The notes under the pieces: generated by a model
The model's input: the letters and a program-made list of their open reading frames with translations, nothing else
The model's database searches: none
What the model was told of the DNA's origin: nothing
Shown here: positions 26,723 through 40,784 of the stretch, piece after piece
Layout: the number at the start of each line of letters is the position of its first letter
Numbering within the stretch: position 1 is the first letter of the stretch
Translations under genes and position numbers: made by a program
Assembly (NCBI GenBank): GCA_951406725.2
Contig: OX597825.1
Span: 7,874,001 to 7,938,000, forward strand
DNA: 64,000 nucleotides
Direction of reading: 5' to 3'
From: Octopus vulgaris
Taxonomy: Eukaryota

Positions 26723-27529
26723 AACTTCCTTTTTGAAGCACACACATCCACACACACAAATATAATGGTGTATTGACACTCAAAAGTGGATTTGAATTTC
26801 TGTGCGGAATAAATTATGAAGTATATCTACTTGTCAATTATACGGGAAAAATCTATACAAAGCCCTTAGTGTAAGTGGTTTTACAGTAACATGTCACACA
26901 CAAGAAATGCATTGTGTATTCTTTAGATTGCCATTCAAGTTTCAATTATATATATCATTGCAAAAATAGTTTGCAAGCTCTCAATTTATCTACAAGTGTC
27001 AAAAAAAGGATTTGAACAAACAAAATATTGCATTAGAATTTCATGCTTTACGAAGCAAAACTGTATGAACACTTTATCGAATTAATCAGCAAAAATTGGA
27101 CTCTTCTATTCTAAATTCTAGTATTTCATCTGGCACGTAAATCCACCATGTTGATTGTTCCGAAAGCAGCAAAGCCAATAACAAGACATGTGAGACCAAA
27201 GAACAGCTGCATTATGCAACTATGAATTCTAATTTTATTTCGAAACAGTAAGTTTGCGCAAACAATATACAAACAATGAGATATGTGAAATTCTCATCTC
27301 CATAGTCGCAACTGTGATGGCGTGTTTAGGAGATTGTTTTTCTACCAAATGGGTCCAGTTTCGGTCCTACTGCGTAGCACCTTGGGTAGCCGTGTTCAAC
27401 GACAGTCTCCGCTCTACTAAAGCCTTGTGAGTGTATATGGTAGACGCAAACTGCTGCCAAATACATACGTACATACATATATATATATATAGGTATTCAT
27501 GTGTGTGTGAGTATATATATATATATATA

Positions 27530-27748
27530 ATTAATTAATAAGGGTGAGAGAATTAGATACTAATTTAATAGTATATTTATTCCACACCAAGTGGCCTAGT
27601 GCTACGAGAAACCTGGATTATTATAATATTTTATAACATATTATAATATTTTCACAAAATAAATATAAGAGAGTGGTCACTATATTGATCACTCTAGCAC
27701 CAGTTAATCCAAAAGGTTTCAACCACGGAAATACATGTTTCCCATGAA

Positions 27749-27750
<2 letters not shown>
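27530..27750 (-). mobile_element. (TA)n-embedded element with a related ACTTGGTG...ACCCT terminus and partial fold-back
   Basis: AGGGTGAGAGAATTAG...CACACCAAGT is the reverse complement of a variant of the terminus at 9169-9207; GAAACCTGGATTA (27608-27620) pairs imperfectly with TAATCCAAAAGGTTTC (27705-27720). Confidence 0.5.
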
Positions 27751-27797
<47 letters not shown>

Positions 27798-27843
27798 CTT
27801 ATATATATATGTGTGTGTGTGTGTATGCATGTATATATATGTA

Positions 27844-27924
<81 letters not shown>

Positions 27925-28705
27925 CTGTTGGGTTGGTTTTTTACTTGTAGTACTTTATACTAACTTACACCAGCCATTTTAGTTTCTCGAATATGGCACC
28001 ATGTTTTAATATAATGGCACCTGGAATGAAAAAGAATAATTACATTGTAAATTGTACACTGCTGAATACATATCAAGATGCTTAGATTGGAAATTTTGAA
28101 AATTAAAGGTGTCTAATAACTTCCTGCATGTATGCCTATAGTTCTAATAGATGCGTGAGCCAGAGTGCATATGTGTCTGAATGTCCAACCGTATATATTT
28201 TGCAGAAGGGTGTTTTTCTCAGATGAAAATGCAAGCCTGTCTGCGTGTATGAATCTGTAAGTATTACTCAACTAGAATATACACATGTGAGCGTATGATT
28301 ATTTGGTGCACAGATACTCTTTGTGTGTGTCCGTTTCATGCAGATGTGGTGGTTGTATGCATGTGCTGTATGTGAAACCATGAGCCCGTGTTCGGTTTAC
28401 ATATCGCCGAATCATCACTGACAACGATATATAACGAGTCCTTGCGTGTGTATTTGTATCTGTTGGGTGGTGATGGTCTTTGCGTGAGGACAGCAGGTAT
28501 AGTGTATAAAAGCGAATACTGTTTATCGTCTTAATTGTCTAGGTAAGCTATGTTTAGCTTGTTTGTGATTGAGTGTGGGAGAAGGAAGCGCGCAGAAGAT
28601 GTACAGAGAATGCTTTTTGTCCTACCGTTGAAAGTGCATCTATGTATATAAATATATATGTGCAAACATACATATCTATACATACATGCATACATACATA
28701 CATAC

Positions 28706-28765
<60 letters not shown>

Positions 28766-29347
28766 ATACATGCATACACACACACATATATATATAAGTC
28801 TCTATATATATATATATATATACACTCACACACACATAAATACCTATATATATATGTATGTATGTACGTATGTATTTGGCAGCAGTTTATTTGTTGTTGG
28901 ATGTGCTGCTTTATTCGTCGTTCCAATAGATGCGTATGGGTGTGTTTGCGCAAAGGAATGTCTGTGTAATTGGAATAAACTGTTTGATGATGTAGGTGTG
29001 TGTGTAGGTGGGTGTGTGTCAGAGAGAGAAAGAAAGAGAGAAAGAGCGAGAGAGAGAGAAATAGGGAGCGGTATGAGGGGGGGAGGGATATTGCTCAAGG
29101 CCTCTGAAAACGCAAGTATTATGCTATTCCCGTTTGATCTGCCGAAACGGAAAGCGCTAATCTCCAGGGCTTATTGAATATACACACACAACTATATAGA
29201 CACACACAATGCAGACAAAGCGCGCGTACGCACATACATATACATACATATATATGATATATATATATGTGATATATATATATATGATATATGTGTATAT
29301 ATATATATAAATGTATGTATGTATATATGTATATATATGTATGTATG

Positions 29348-29413
<66 letters not shown>

Positions 29414-29906
29414 GCATATCTAAACGCACACGCAAGCATGTATCACCTTAGTTATATTTATAAACCGATCTTTACATTAGGTAAATATTCATTTTTGTAC
29501 AAAGACGTCGATGTTGGTTGCTGATTGGTTATTTTTTCCCCCTTTCCTCTTTGTTATTGTTTTTCTTTATCCTTATGGCAAAGAAAAGTGCAACAAAAGA
29601 AATGAACTGGCCTCAGATTTGACTGTCGGATGAAGACAACGTTAGGCCTACGAAAGAAAGAGTAATTTTTGACTAGTTAAAAAGAGAGAGACAAAGAGAG
29701 ACATACAGAGAGACAAAGACAGAGAGGAAGAGAGAGAGACAGACGGGTAGATATAGAGGGAGAAAAAAGAGTGAGAGACTATGTTATGAATAACGAGACA
29801 ATCCAATGTTTATGACGGAGGGGAAACTAAATGTTGATTAATGAATGACAGACTAACATGGGTGACAGAACTAGTTGAATGTCCCGTACTTTAAAGAATA
29901 TATAAA

Positions 29907-30330
29907 AGGCGCAGGCGTGACTGTGGAGTATGAAATTGGTTTCCAACCCACATGGCTTTGGGTTCGAGGAGGGCAAAGGATTTCAATATAGCCGAGCCGA
30001 CCAAAGCCTTGTGATAGAATGTTGGAAAAGGAAACTAATAGAAGTCTATTTATATATATATATATATATAAATATTAAAAAATATGCTGGCCATTTATAA
30101 AATATGCGTGTGTGTGTGTGTGACAGAGAGCTTGAGTGGATGTGTCTTCATCGATTGACGACCGACATAATTTTGTTTCCCTCTATGTAACTTAGCAGTT
30201 CGCCACAAAGAAACCGATATAATAAGTCCAGGCTTTAAAATAAGTACCGGGGTCGACTTTCTCTAGCAAATACTTCACAGCTGGGTCCAGCATGGCAGCA
30301 GTCGAAGAACTGAAACTAGTGAGAACCAAA
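29907..30330 (+). mobile_element. Diverged SINE-B
   Basis: AGGCGCAGGCGTGACTGTG head, GCCGACCAAAGCCTTGTG, internal (TA)/(TG), CCAGCATGGCAGCAGTC...CTGAAAC tail. Confidence 0.8.
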
Positions 30331-30674
30331 AAATATCTCCGTAAGCAAAAATACTTAATGGAAGCCAGACATTACATACACTATCAGTTGAGACAGGAGC
30401 AAATCCTGACGAGGGGGACAAACATATGTTTTAAGCAAAACATCGATTCGAACTTCCGTACAAAAGACTTAAATTATAATTAGCTAATTCATTAACTTAA
30501 ACATTACTATACTATTTCCATAAGCAACTCAACCTTCCAATGTATAAGTGGGATTATTTACTGCTTCCAGGCTCTCCCTCGGAAACTTCTCCCACGGTTC
30601 CTCCTCCAACTCACACGAATTTTAACCCTCCTCGTTAATTGTTACCATTCTTTCTCTCTATAAATGCAAAGTAT

Positions 30675-30809
30675 GAACATACACATGCATCCACATACAC
30701 ACACGCATACACACACACACATACACACACACATACATATACAGACACATATACGTACATAAATATATATATATATATATATATATGTATATGTATATAA
30801 ATGCATGCG

Positions 30810-30841
<32 letters not shown>

Positions 30842-31140
30842 TCTATATATATCTATATATATATATATATACAGACACACATATACGTACATACATGCAT
30901 ATATATATATATATATACATACATACGCACGCACACGCACACATACACACATACATATACGTAATACATATATATATATATATATACACACACACATATA
31001 CGTACATACATACATATATATACATGCATATACACATTAGAAGTAAAATGTATATTTGTAAGCACACACGTTCCTATATACATGCACATACATATACTTA
31101 CATATGCATACGCAGATACGCGCACACACATACACACATA
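30675..31140. repeat. (CA)n/(TA)n compound microsatellite
   Basis: Directly visible. Confidence 0.9.
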
Positions 31141-31691
31141 AATATGAAGGTGAGCGAGAGAAAGGTGTGTATCCTTTACTTTCCCTACCTGTCAATAACC
31201 CAATTCATTCGTTACAAATATCATCATCACACCGCCATCACCCCCAACATCGGCACCATCACCATCATCACCACAACCATCAATGACAATATCAACAACA
31301 ATAATACTTTCTACCATCTGCAGCGCCACCACCACCACCACTCATCATGATCATCATCACGATCATCTTCAGAAGTGGTGCCGAAAACATCTCCAGCAGC
31401 AACCATTTCCGTTTCTCCTTAAGACCTAATTATTTAACACATTCCCGCAGAATACTTTCTACCTCTCGTTTCCGCTCCACTACCCTATGCCCCGACACTA
31501 CTACCACCACCACCACCACCACAACCAACAAGAACAAGAACAACAACATTCTCCATCTCCCCCTTCTCCTCCTCCCTTACCCCCCAAAGCCTTCTTCTTT
31601 CGTTTTTTTTTTTTACTTTTCCAGTTTTAAGCTCGAGCTTCAGCGATGTTATATAAGACAGCACAAGAATTCCAGTATTTCATTAAATGTA

Positions 31692-32351
31692 CGGAGAGAA
31701 GGAGGGAGAGATGGAGGGGGAAAGAGAGAGGGAGGGAGAGAGAGACAGAGAGAGAGGGGGAGAGAGAGTAGAGAAGAGGAGACAGAGCCGGAGAAAGAGA
31801 AAGTGACAGAGATGGAGTGAGACAGGTGGAGAGACAGTGAGGAAAAGAGATGGAGAGAGATGGGAAGTGGGGTGAGGAAAAGAAATAGCAGGGGCGGAGA
31901 GATACATTGATAAGGAGATAGATGTAGATATATAGAGAGATAGGAAGAATGACAAAGAGAGAAAGAGAAGGGGAGAAAGAGCCGGAGAGTGAGGGAGAGA
32001 AAGAACCGGACAGAGAGAGGGGGAGAAAGTAATAGGAGCGGAGAGATAGATTGATAAGGAGATAGATGTAGATATATATTGAGAGATAGGAAGAATGAGA
32101 ACGATAGAGAGAGAGAGAAAGGGAAGGAGAGAAAGAGACGGAGAGAGAGGGGAGAAAGAACAGGACAGAGAGAGGGGGAGAAAGAGCCGGAGAGAGAGAA
32201 AGTGAGTGAGATGGGATAAGAGAGGTGGAGAGATAGTGAGGAAAAGAGATAGAGAGAGATGGGAAGAGGGATGAGAAAAAGAAATAGAAGCGGTAGAGAG
32301 AGAGATTGATAAGGAGATAGATGTAGATATATAGAGAGATAGGTAGAATGC

Positions 32352-32402
<51 letters not shown>

Positions 32403-32725
32403 TGAGAAGTGTCTGCGCGTGTGCGTGAGTATGTGCGCTTGAATGAAACAAATTTTGTGAAAGGAGAAGGAAACTAACAGAGTGGGAAGGTGAGAGAGAA
32501 AGAAGGAAGGAGAGAGAGAAAGAAGGAAGGAGAGAGAGAGAGAGCGGGCAAGTGAGAGGGTGAGGAAGATTAGAGGGGGGATGGGAGGGATGGAGGGAGG
32601 GAGGGAGAGAAAGATGGAAATGGGAGGAAGAATGAAGGAGAGCGGGGGAGGGAAAGAGAAATATGAAGGAAGAACGATGGAAGGAAAAATTGTACACAGA
32701 GTTTGAGAGAAAGAAAAATAAGATC
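31692..32725 (+). repeat. ~1-kb polypurine (GA-rich) tract with internal higher-order duplications
   Basis: Block ATTGATAAGGAGATAGATGTAGATATAT..GAGATAGG.AGAATG recurs at ~31906, ~32050 and ~32306. Confidence 0.9.
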
Positions 32726-33075
32726 CTTCAATGATGAAGAGGAGGGAAGTGTGTGTGTGGGGGGAGGGGCAGTGAATGGGTTGAAAGGCTTCTAGAGGTT
32801 TCTGTGTATTTGTGTGTGTAGAGAGAGACAGGGGGTGGGTGGGCGAATGGAAGTTTGTAAATCATTTCCATATATCCATGGGTAAGATAGAATGTGACAC
32901 TGAAGAATATACAGAAAGCATCGTGTTTCAAAGTTGGTCGGTAATATTCCTCTCAATGTCAGAAACTTTGCTAATTTTCTTTTTCCTTCTTTCTCTTAAA
33001 ACGAGGTGTTCCACTGAAACTAATATAAAAAATCATGAATTCCATTCCAGTTACGAACTTTAGACGAACGTTTCG

Positions 33076-33076
<1 letters not shown>

Positions 33077-33129
<53 letters not shown>

Positions 33130-33157
33130 GTAGTTGTTATTATTATCATTATTATTA

Positions 33158-33204
<47 letters not shown>

Positions 33205-33295
33205 GTTGTTGTTGTTATTTTCATTATTATTATTATTATTATTATGATTATTATTATTATTATTATTATTATTGTTATTATTATTATCATCATCA

Positions 33296-33341
<46 letters not shown>

Positions 33342-33351
33342 GATTATTATG

Positions 33352-33396
<45 letters not shown>

Positions 33397-33541
33397 TTTA
33401 TAATTATTATTATTATTATTGTTATTATTATTATTATTATTATCATTATTGTTATTATTATTATTAGTATCATTATTATTATTATTATTATTAGTATCAT
33501 TATTATTATTATTATTATTATTATTGTTGTTGTTGTTGTTG

Positions 33542-33578
<37 letters not shown>
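33077..33578. repeat. ~500-bp (ATT)n microsatellite
   Basis: Directly visible; source of the poly-Ile/Leu ORFs. Confidence 0.97.
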
Positions 33579-34571
33579 CTTTCTTTCCTGTTGCTTACCT
33601 CCGCCATTTTCCCTAAACTCCCTCTACGAAAGAAAATGAATAACAGAATAAAAAAAATTTGACGAACAAGCGCTAAAAAAACGTAAAAGAAATAGTAATT
33701 TGGAAGCCAGTTAAAAAAAAGGGGAATGTTACTTCATCCAAGAACTGGGTATGGAGATTGTGGTAGGGATTGGTTTTTATTTTGCTTGTTGAATCTGAAG
33801 ACATAATCTCCGATAAATCCATAGAATGTGGCTACTACGTAGAAGATCTTCACGTGTTTAATTCGCTTTCGTTTCCTTCTTTTTTTTATATATATATCTA
33901 AGGGAGACGTAATGAGATATTATTCTCTATTTTCTTCTGAATTTGTTTTTTGTTCTTCTTCTTGTCACTGTATCTTTGTATTACCGTATCTCTTTTTTGC
34001 CTCTTTCCTACTTCTTTCCATTTTTCTCACATCAAATTTATTAGCGATTTAAACCGAGTCCCCAAAAGGTGTTAACGATTCAAGTGCAGTGGTATGGAGC
34101 GAAGTATATATGGTGGGTGTCACAAAGCCATACCACTCAAAGGTCGCTGGTTGTTCAGTACAAACTATTAAAGCTGGAACATTGCACAAGTAGATGTGGG
34201 TGAAATGTCTTCGAGAGTAAACATACAACTATCATGCTCTTAAGAATGAAATCAACCTCTCTGTCTATATATCTACCCTCTTTATAATGTCCGCAAATGA
34301 AATAGGGATAAGTATGTGCATTGTCCGTTTGATTGGAACATTCTATAAGTGGCTGAAGATTGCTCGACATTTTATAACTGATGTAGTACTTACAGTGTTT
34401 AATAAAATGAAGTAGCATGAAACAATTGTACTACTCTACCTTGGATATCCTTGTTGCTTATTTTGATTATAATCACCCCATTTGATTTATATGGATAATA
34501 CCATACAAAATTCTGGTGCCTTATTCATCTGAATCTAAATTTTGCTGAACTTATATATATATATACATACA

Positions 34572-34732
34572 CAGGAGTGGCTGTGTGGTAAGTGGCTTGT
34601 ATACCAACCACGTGGTTCCGGGTTCAGTTCCACTGCGTGGCGCCTTGGATAAGTGTCTTCTACTATAGCCTCGGGCCGACCAAAGCCTTGTGAGTGGATT
34701 TGGTAGACGGAAACTGAAAGAAGCCCGTCGTA

Positions 34733-34820
<88 letters not shown>

Positions 34821-35050
34821 TGTGAGTGTTTGTGTGTCTGTGTTTGTCCCCCTAGCATTGCTTGACAACCGATGCTGGTGTGTTTATATCCCCGTTACAT
34901 AGCGGTTCGGCAAAAGAGACCGATAGAATAAGTACTGGGCTTACAAAAAGAATAAGTCCCGGGGTCGAGTTTCTCAATTAAAGGCGGTGCTCCAGCATGG
35001 CCGCAGTCAACTGACTGAAACAAGTAAAAGAGTAAAAGAGAGTAAAGAGT
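34572..35050 (+). mobile_element. Full-length, well-preserved SINE-B with (GAGTAAAA)n tail
   Basis: All diagnostic blocks present, with an expanded internal (TA)n. Confidence 0.93.
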
Positions 35051-35653
35051 ACATCTAATTCACGAATTGGACTAGCCATTCAAATTCTTTGTTGTAAATC
35101 TATAATCATAAGTATTCAAGCTGTTAACATATGATCTTTGCTCTTTTTTGTACACCTAATTCTACATTAGCCAATGTGATTGTTTTGAAGCATATAGAGT
35201 GTGTTGCTGCTAATTTTAAGATTTGCAAAGCAACCTCAATAGGTTTTATTGTAATTTATAATATTTTAGATCTATATAGTTATCTCATCTACTTGTAAAA
35301 CATCGAGAAAGCTTTGATAACGCTGTCAGAGATTGACGAACGTCGCACCAGTGGGGAGAGATAATCAATCATCAGATTATCGTGACAAGTTCCGGAAACA
35401 CGCGAAGGATTTATCAGCTCGTCCTTACAGCTTGTGTTTTTCAGTAATTTTTATATTTAATTATCTTTACACCATGGTGGGCGTTGTTGAGTTCAATCTC
35501 GATCGTAGAAAGTGAATCACGATTTCCAGGAACAGATCAAGCTGTTTTACGTTCCCAAATATCATTGATACCTTGGAGAAAGTTATGGATGGAGAAAAGC
35601 TTCCCTCACTTGATTTCGCTTTCAGGCAGTATTAATATAAAGTGGTTTATAAT

Positions 35654-35913
35654 AAACAATAAATAAATACGCTCTTTTAAAGTCTAGCCAGGCTTATGGG
35701 CCCGGCTTCCCGGTTTCTATGGCGTATGTTTTCCCCAGCTTGACGAGATGCCAGTCCATCACAGCGTTACTCATTTTTGCCAGCTGAGTGAACTGGGGCA
35801 ACGTGAAATGAAGTGTTTTGCTCAAGAACACAACGCGTCGCTCGGTCCAGGAATCGAAACCACTATCTTACGATCATGATGCTGACACCCTAACCACTAA
35901 GCCACGCGCCTCC
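35654..35913 (-). mobile_element. SINE-C (tRNA head, CORE-like domain) with degenerate 15-bp TSD
   Basis: Minus strand GGAGGCGCGTGGCTTAGTGGTTAGGG...GGTTTCGATTCC...GTGTTCTTGAGCAAAACACTTCATTTCAC; AAAGTGGTTTATAAT (35639-35653) vs AAAGTGGATTATATT (35914-35928). Confidence 0.85.
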
Positions 35914-36571
35914 AAAGTGGATTATATTGTTAGTTATTGAGGGAAATGTACGGAATCATTAACGACATTTATACGAGAAACTGCTTTCCTAAACAACAAA
36001 GATAATAACAAGTTAACCGAGGAGGTGTCTGTATGAGGTCGCTTGACTTGTTTGTTATTCCATCATAGGGTTGCCCTGCACATAATCAACAACATAACGT
36101 ACGATGGGATGACAAACATTCCATCGTAGGGTTGCCCTGCAACAACGACAAAATTAATCATTATCTGAGGATTAAGTCGGATAAAATTCAAGCTAGCTTC
36201 TAGGTAGGAAATATTGGAGATCTGTTGTATGTCAGAATATTTTGCGAGGCATTGCTCGCAGTAAAGAAACTCTTGTTGCAAACTCAACTCACTAAGTGTT
36301 TCGTATGCAAGAACAAGGCGGAATTTAACACACAAAAAATTAATTAACAGCTAATTACTCTCCCATATCTACCTATCTATCACCTTAGATGTTTCTGCAA
36401 GTGCTACCAGTCTAGAACTCCACATACCGGAAGCCAGCAAGTGCATGGGGTCATCACGAGCTCCCTGATTATGATCAATACATGATAATTTTAGGTACAC
36501 GCGTGGCTTATAAAGACATTAAAATATATTTATGGCGTAGTTACTTGGAACTGGTAATTTATATTAAATTT

Positions 36572-36735
36572 CTAACATTTAACGGATCCGCCTCACTAGG
36601 AACACATATCCTAACATTTAACGGATCCGCCTCACTAGGAACACATATCCTAACATTTAACGGATCCGCCTCACTAGGAACACATATCCTAACATTTAAC
36701 GGATCCGCCTCACTAGGAACACGTATCCTAACATT
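36572..36735 (+). repeat. Minisatellite, 39-bp unit x about 4.2
   Basis: CTAACATTTAACGGATCCGCCTCACTAGGAACACATATC repeated head-to-tail with one substitution in the last full copy. Confidence 0.97.
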
Positions 36736-37169
36736 GCTACTCCAGATGACTCTGTCTCATTAAAAGCGTAGACGACTTTACATGTGACTGACATTCCAGA
36801 GAATAAAGCAATGCTAATATTTTGTGTACTGCTTATATCAATGTCTCAGTGACTAGATTTGATCTGAACTACGATTTAGGATTTTTATTTCTCTCTCATC
36901 GATTAAAGCAACTGGTAATGATTAAAGAATTAGATGCGACTGGTATCCAATGAACCACACCAAATTAAACTGATTAATGTTCAATGAAAATGATGCGCTG
37001 AGCACATATCATTCATTTGCTTTCCATTGGAGACAATTGATTATAAGAAGTTGTTTTAACCTAGATTAATTACACGGAAACATACTTCAGAAAATTTTTA
37101 ATTATTTTATAAATCTCTGAACGATAAAACGTTGAACTGAAAATTAGGCAGCAATCAAGTGCTGATTAA

Positions 37170-37221
<52 letters not shown>

Positions 37222-37227
<6 letters not shown>

Positions 37228-37501
37228 ATTTCGGGAATGTCATTTGTTTTGCGTTTTTGCCAAATAAACAACGCGCATTATATATCCGTCTTTCCCTCGT
37301 TTATTACTGTTCTTATTCTAAGTTACGTCCATTTTCCGGACAATGGGCATGATTTAAAATAAGAACAGTAATAAACATGTTTATTTGGCAAACACACACA
37401 CACGCACACACAGAAATATGCCTATCCTGAAATACAACAATATCTGTTTCAACACACGGTTTCACATCAAGAATTTTGAATCTTACAGCATGGATTCATA
37501 A

Positions 37502-37504
<3 letters not shown>
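37222..37504. mobile_element. (TA)n-embedded nested fold-back (MITE-like) element
   Basis: Three nested arm pairs: 37222-37236/37425-37439, 37256-37270/37378-37392, 37299-37321/37355-37377. Confidence 0.7.
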
Positions 37505-37574
<70 letters not shown>

Positions 37575-38196
37575 GATATAAAAGGAAACTTTCATCGTCC
37601 CTAGGTGTGACTAAGGGTCACCTACATTTCTAGAAATAAGAGTTAAAACTTCTTAATACTATAAGAAGAGCGGGATAGTCATATACAGACGGGTGAGGTA
37701 ACTGCCCCATGACCGTCTCTAGGACTCACATATATATATATATACGTATATACACACACATACGTTCAAACGCACACACACACATATATATGTATGTAGA
37801 TGTATATAATTTAGCAGTAGTGGTATGAATATGAATATGTCCCAAGTCAGCGTAAGGTCACCGGTATAACGAGTATATGAACACATGTAATACTCACGTC
37901 GATACGTGCAATAACACTTAACCTTTTGAGGAAGTCATGAGTTTGGCAAGTGAACGTACAGGTTGAATTTAATTGAATATACATCAGCCTTGAGTGGAAA
38001 ACTGTAAGTACAGACAAAAAATTTGTTGTATTATTTTCTTGAGAAACATGAGATCGGATATGCGAAAACCATTGAAATACCCTTTTGAGGAACGTGGAGC
38101 TTAGCATTTTGCGGAGAAAGGATAGTTGCTTTGAAATGAAAGAACATGATGAGGTAATTAACAAAATATTGAAACGTGTTCCGAACAAAATGTTCT

Positions 38197-38316
38197 ACCA
38201 CCACCACCACCACCACCACCACACCACCACCACCACCACCACCACCACCACCACCACCACCAACACCAACAACAACAGCAACAACAACAGCAACAACAGC
38301 AACAACAACATCAACA
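38197..38316. repeat. (CAC)n/(CAA/CAG)n trinucleotide tract
   Basis: Directly visible. Confidence 0.9.
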
Positions 38317-39419
38317 AGATACAATGCTGTGTCATGCTGAAATGGGTGTGCAAGAAAAAGCAGATTGCTTTATTTTGTCTGCTCCTTATAATTGTGTGAA
38401 GCATAAGCGATGTTAACTGAAACAAGCGTTACCAAATGCTGCAATCATTTCCAGTTGATCTCTTGGCCAATCGTACGGAGGGTACAAATGGATATATTGC
38501 AGCTAAATAGCACTGATGTTTAGGCGACAAAGAAAAACCCTATTTACTCACAATGAGTAAACATCCTAACATCTTAGAAATTACCTTCTCTGGATAAATA
38601 TAATTTTGTAGTATAAATTTTGCTTTCCACAGTAGTATTTGTAAAGCTTTACTGATTGCTTTTGCAGAGATTGGTATACTCCCAGACATCGAGATGCAAC
38701 CGAATGTTGAATAATAATAGTTTTTCTGAAAGTCTTTCCGACTAACCCGAATTTAGTGTGTAATCAAAGTATGTAAGTACAAGATATATCTGAATATATT
38801 TGACTTAATTAAACGATATATGGATATAGGGTTACTTACATATATTTGTCTGTTTTGTCATTGACAAGACACACAGCAAATCGTTCGTAGAAATAAACTG
38901 AATAATGGAAAATGGGTAGATCGCTGAAAAATAAATAAAACTGTAATTACTAAATAAAAAAAAGTTATAATGAATACAAACAACATTATATTTATCAATA
39001 TCATCAACAATAGGGATTCCATCAATGTTTTCCTCTCCGCTATTGTGAACAGCAGTACGATCAGCAGGAAAGACGAGTGCGCAAGGAAAAAGAAGAGACA
39101 TTATGAAGATATATAAAAGACAAAAAGAAGAAGAAAAGAAAGGAAACGCTAAACGGAATGAAGGAAATGAAGAATGATGTAACTGAAGAAGAAAATAAAG
39201 GAAATCCTGACTAATAATGAATTTTTGCGTTTTTCATGAATGCGCATACGGTGCATTTGGATTATAATTACTTGTTTCACGTAGAACGGCAACGACATAT
39301 AAATACCAGATACGTACATACATGCAGTAACGTATGGTTACATGCTGACATACATGCTTGCATTTTGTGTAGTTCTATTGTCATAAGTGTACCGGGCTAC
39401 GTTAGAAATGATCTGTATA

Positions 39420-40440
39420 TAAGAAGAAAAAACCCAAAACGAACAAGGAAAGTTGAATTGCTGGAGATCTCGAAGAAAGAACAAAACAAGCTGATTCGCA
39501 ATCTCCGAATACAATCGATCACTGAAAAATATGGAAAGCATCCCCGAGATTCCAGTTACACAAACAGAATCCACGAACGTAAGCATTAATGAAGAAAACA
39601 CACTTCTTTACTAAAGTAACAGGCGCATCTACGGCAGGAATTCACGTTTATCCACAGACACAGACGCATCTGTATTTGCGCAAACTAATTCATTCATGTA
39701 ATCGGGAAACAAATGGAACCGTCTTGACATAAACCAAACAAAATTACCACTTTGAATCTGCTTGAATTCTACAAAGGAAAAATATACTTCAATAACCTTA
39801 ACAAAATATTACTTGGAAAATATATGAAAATAAAAATAATATTTGAAATAAAATATGATATGAGATCCAGAAAATAAAATAGTAAAATTAAATAAAACTG
39901 ACGAACGAAAAATAAATAACGTAAATATGGAATGAGTACTTGACATCTGTATTCAAATAAGAAAATAACCTCTTGTGAGTAAGTGAATTTTTCAATACAT
40001 AGTCAGAGTATACAACTAATCCATGCGGTCATAAGTGGATTAATCTCTGCCAAGAGAAAACATGAAAGAGAGGAAGAGAGAGAGAGAAAAGAGAAGCAAA
40101 GTTCTATATATGGTTACATATCTGCAAAAAAAATGTATGCCATCTACGTTGACAGGAAGCGCAGCTTCTCTTTGATCTGTGACAGATATATCACATTCCA
40201 TCTGGAAGCACGAGGTTTGCTATGGAAGCACCAAAGACGGTTACAAAACAGATGAAAGGTAAACAGATAAGAAAGCTTCCAAACGATAACCTTGGGTTAG
40301 AAAATGCTGCTGTATGTGAAAGTTGTCAGCAACACCACAAGCGGTTCTCCAAAAATATCTGCAAATTTCTCTCTTCTTACAAACATGAATAGTGGTTGTA
40401 CCAGAGATACTTTATAAAAAATGGTGTGAAATTAAAGAAT
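39420..40440 (+). mobile_element. Possible very old L1/Tx1-like LINE remnant
   Basis: A-rich strand bias with faint motifs (IPEIPVTQTE, LLEFYKG, LGLENAAVCESC...WCEIK); weak. Confidence 0.3.
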
Positions 40441-40784
40441 AAAGGAATAAAACCAGCCGTCCGGTTCGAGGACCATACATTTGGCATCGTTCTCTGGAGC
40501 AGGGAACAAATGTTATTATACAGGTGTCCAACAGATTGGTATGTTATGCCCCAAACAAAACACCTAGAGACAACAGCATACAAGGTAATACTCACCTGTC
40601 CGGGCTCTTCATTCTTCTTTGTAGCTAATAGCAACAAATTAATAGAGGTGCAGAGTGATATGTGATTAGAAATTAATATAATAACCTGGAACTAGTTGAG
40701 ATTACACAAGAAAGCAAAGCAAACAAGCTAAACATTCTTCGCAAACGAAAGCCAATGGTAAATATTTGTAAATATTTGTAAAAT

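Noticed and set aside
31627-32697. 356-aa ORF, the longest in the window
   Set aside because: It is the pyrimidine-rich strand of the GA tract, which lacks stops for compositional reasons
36063-36335. Non-repetitive 90-aa ORF, and similar short ORFs at 39236, 40396 and 57260
   Set aside because: No recognisable domain or convincing splice context; lengths are compatible with chance or decayed transposons
36572-36735. CRISPR-like array
   Set aside because: Units are contiguous with no variable spacers, there are no cas genes, and the context is eukaryotic
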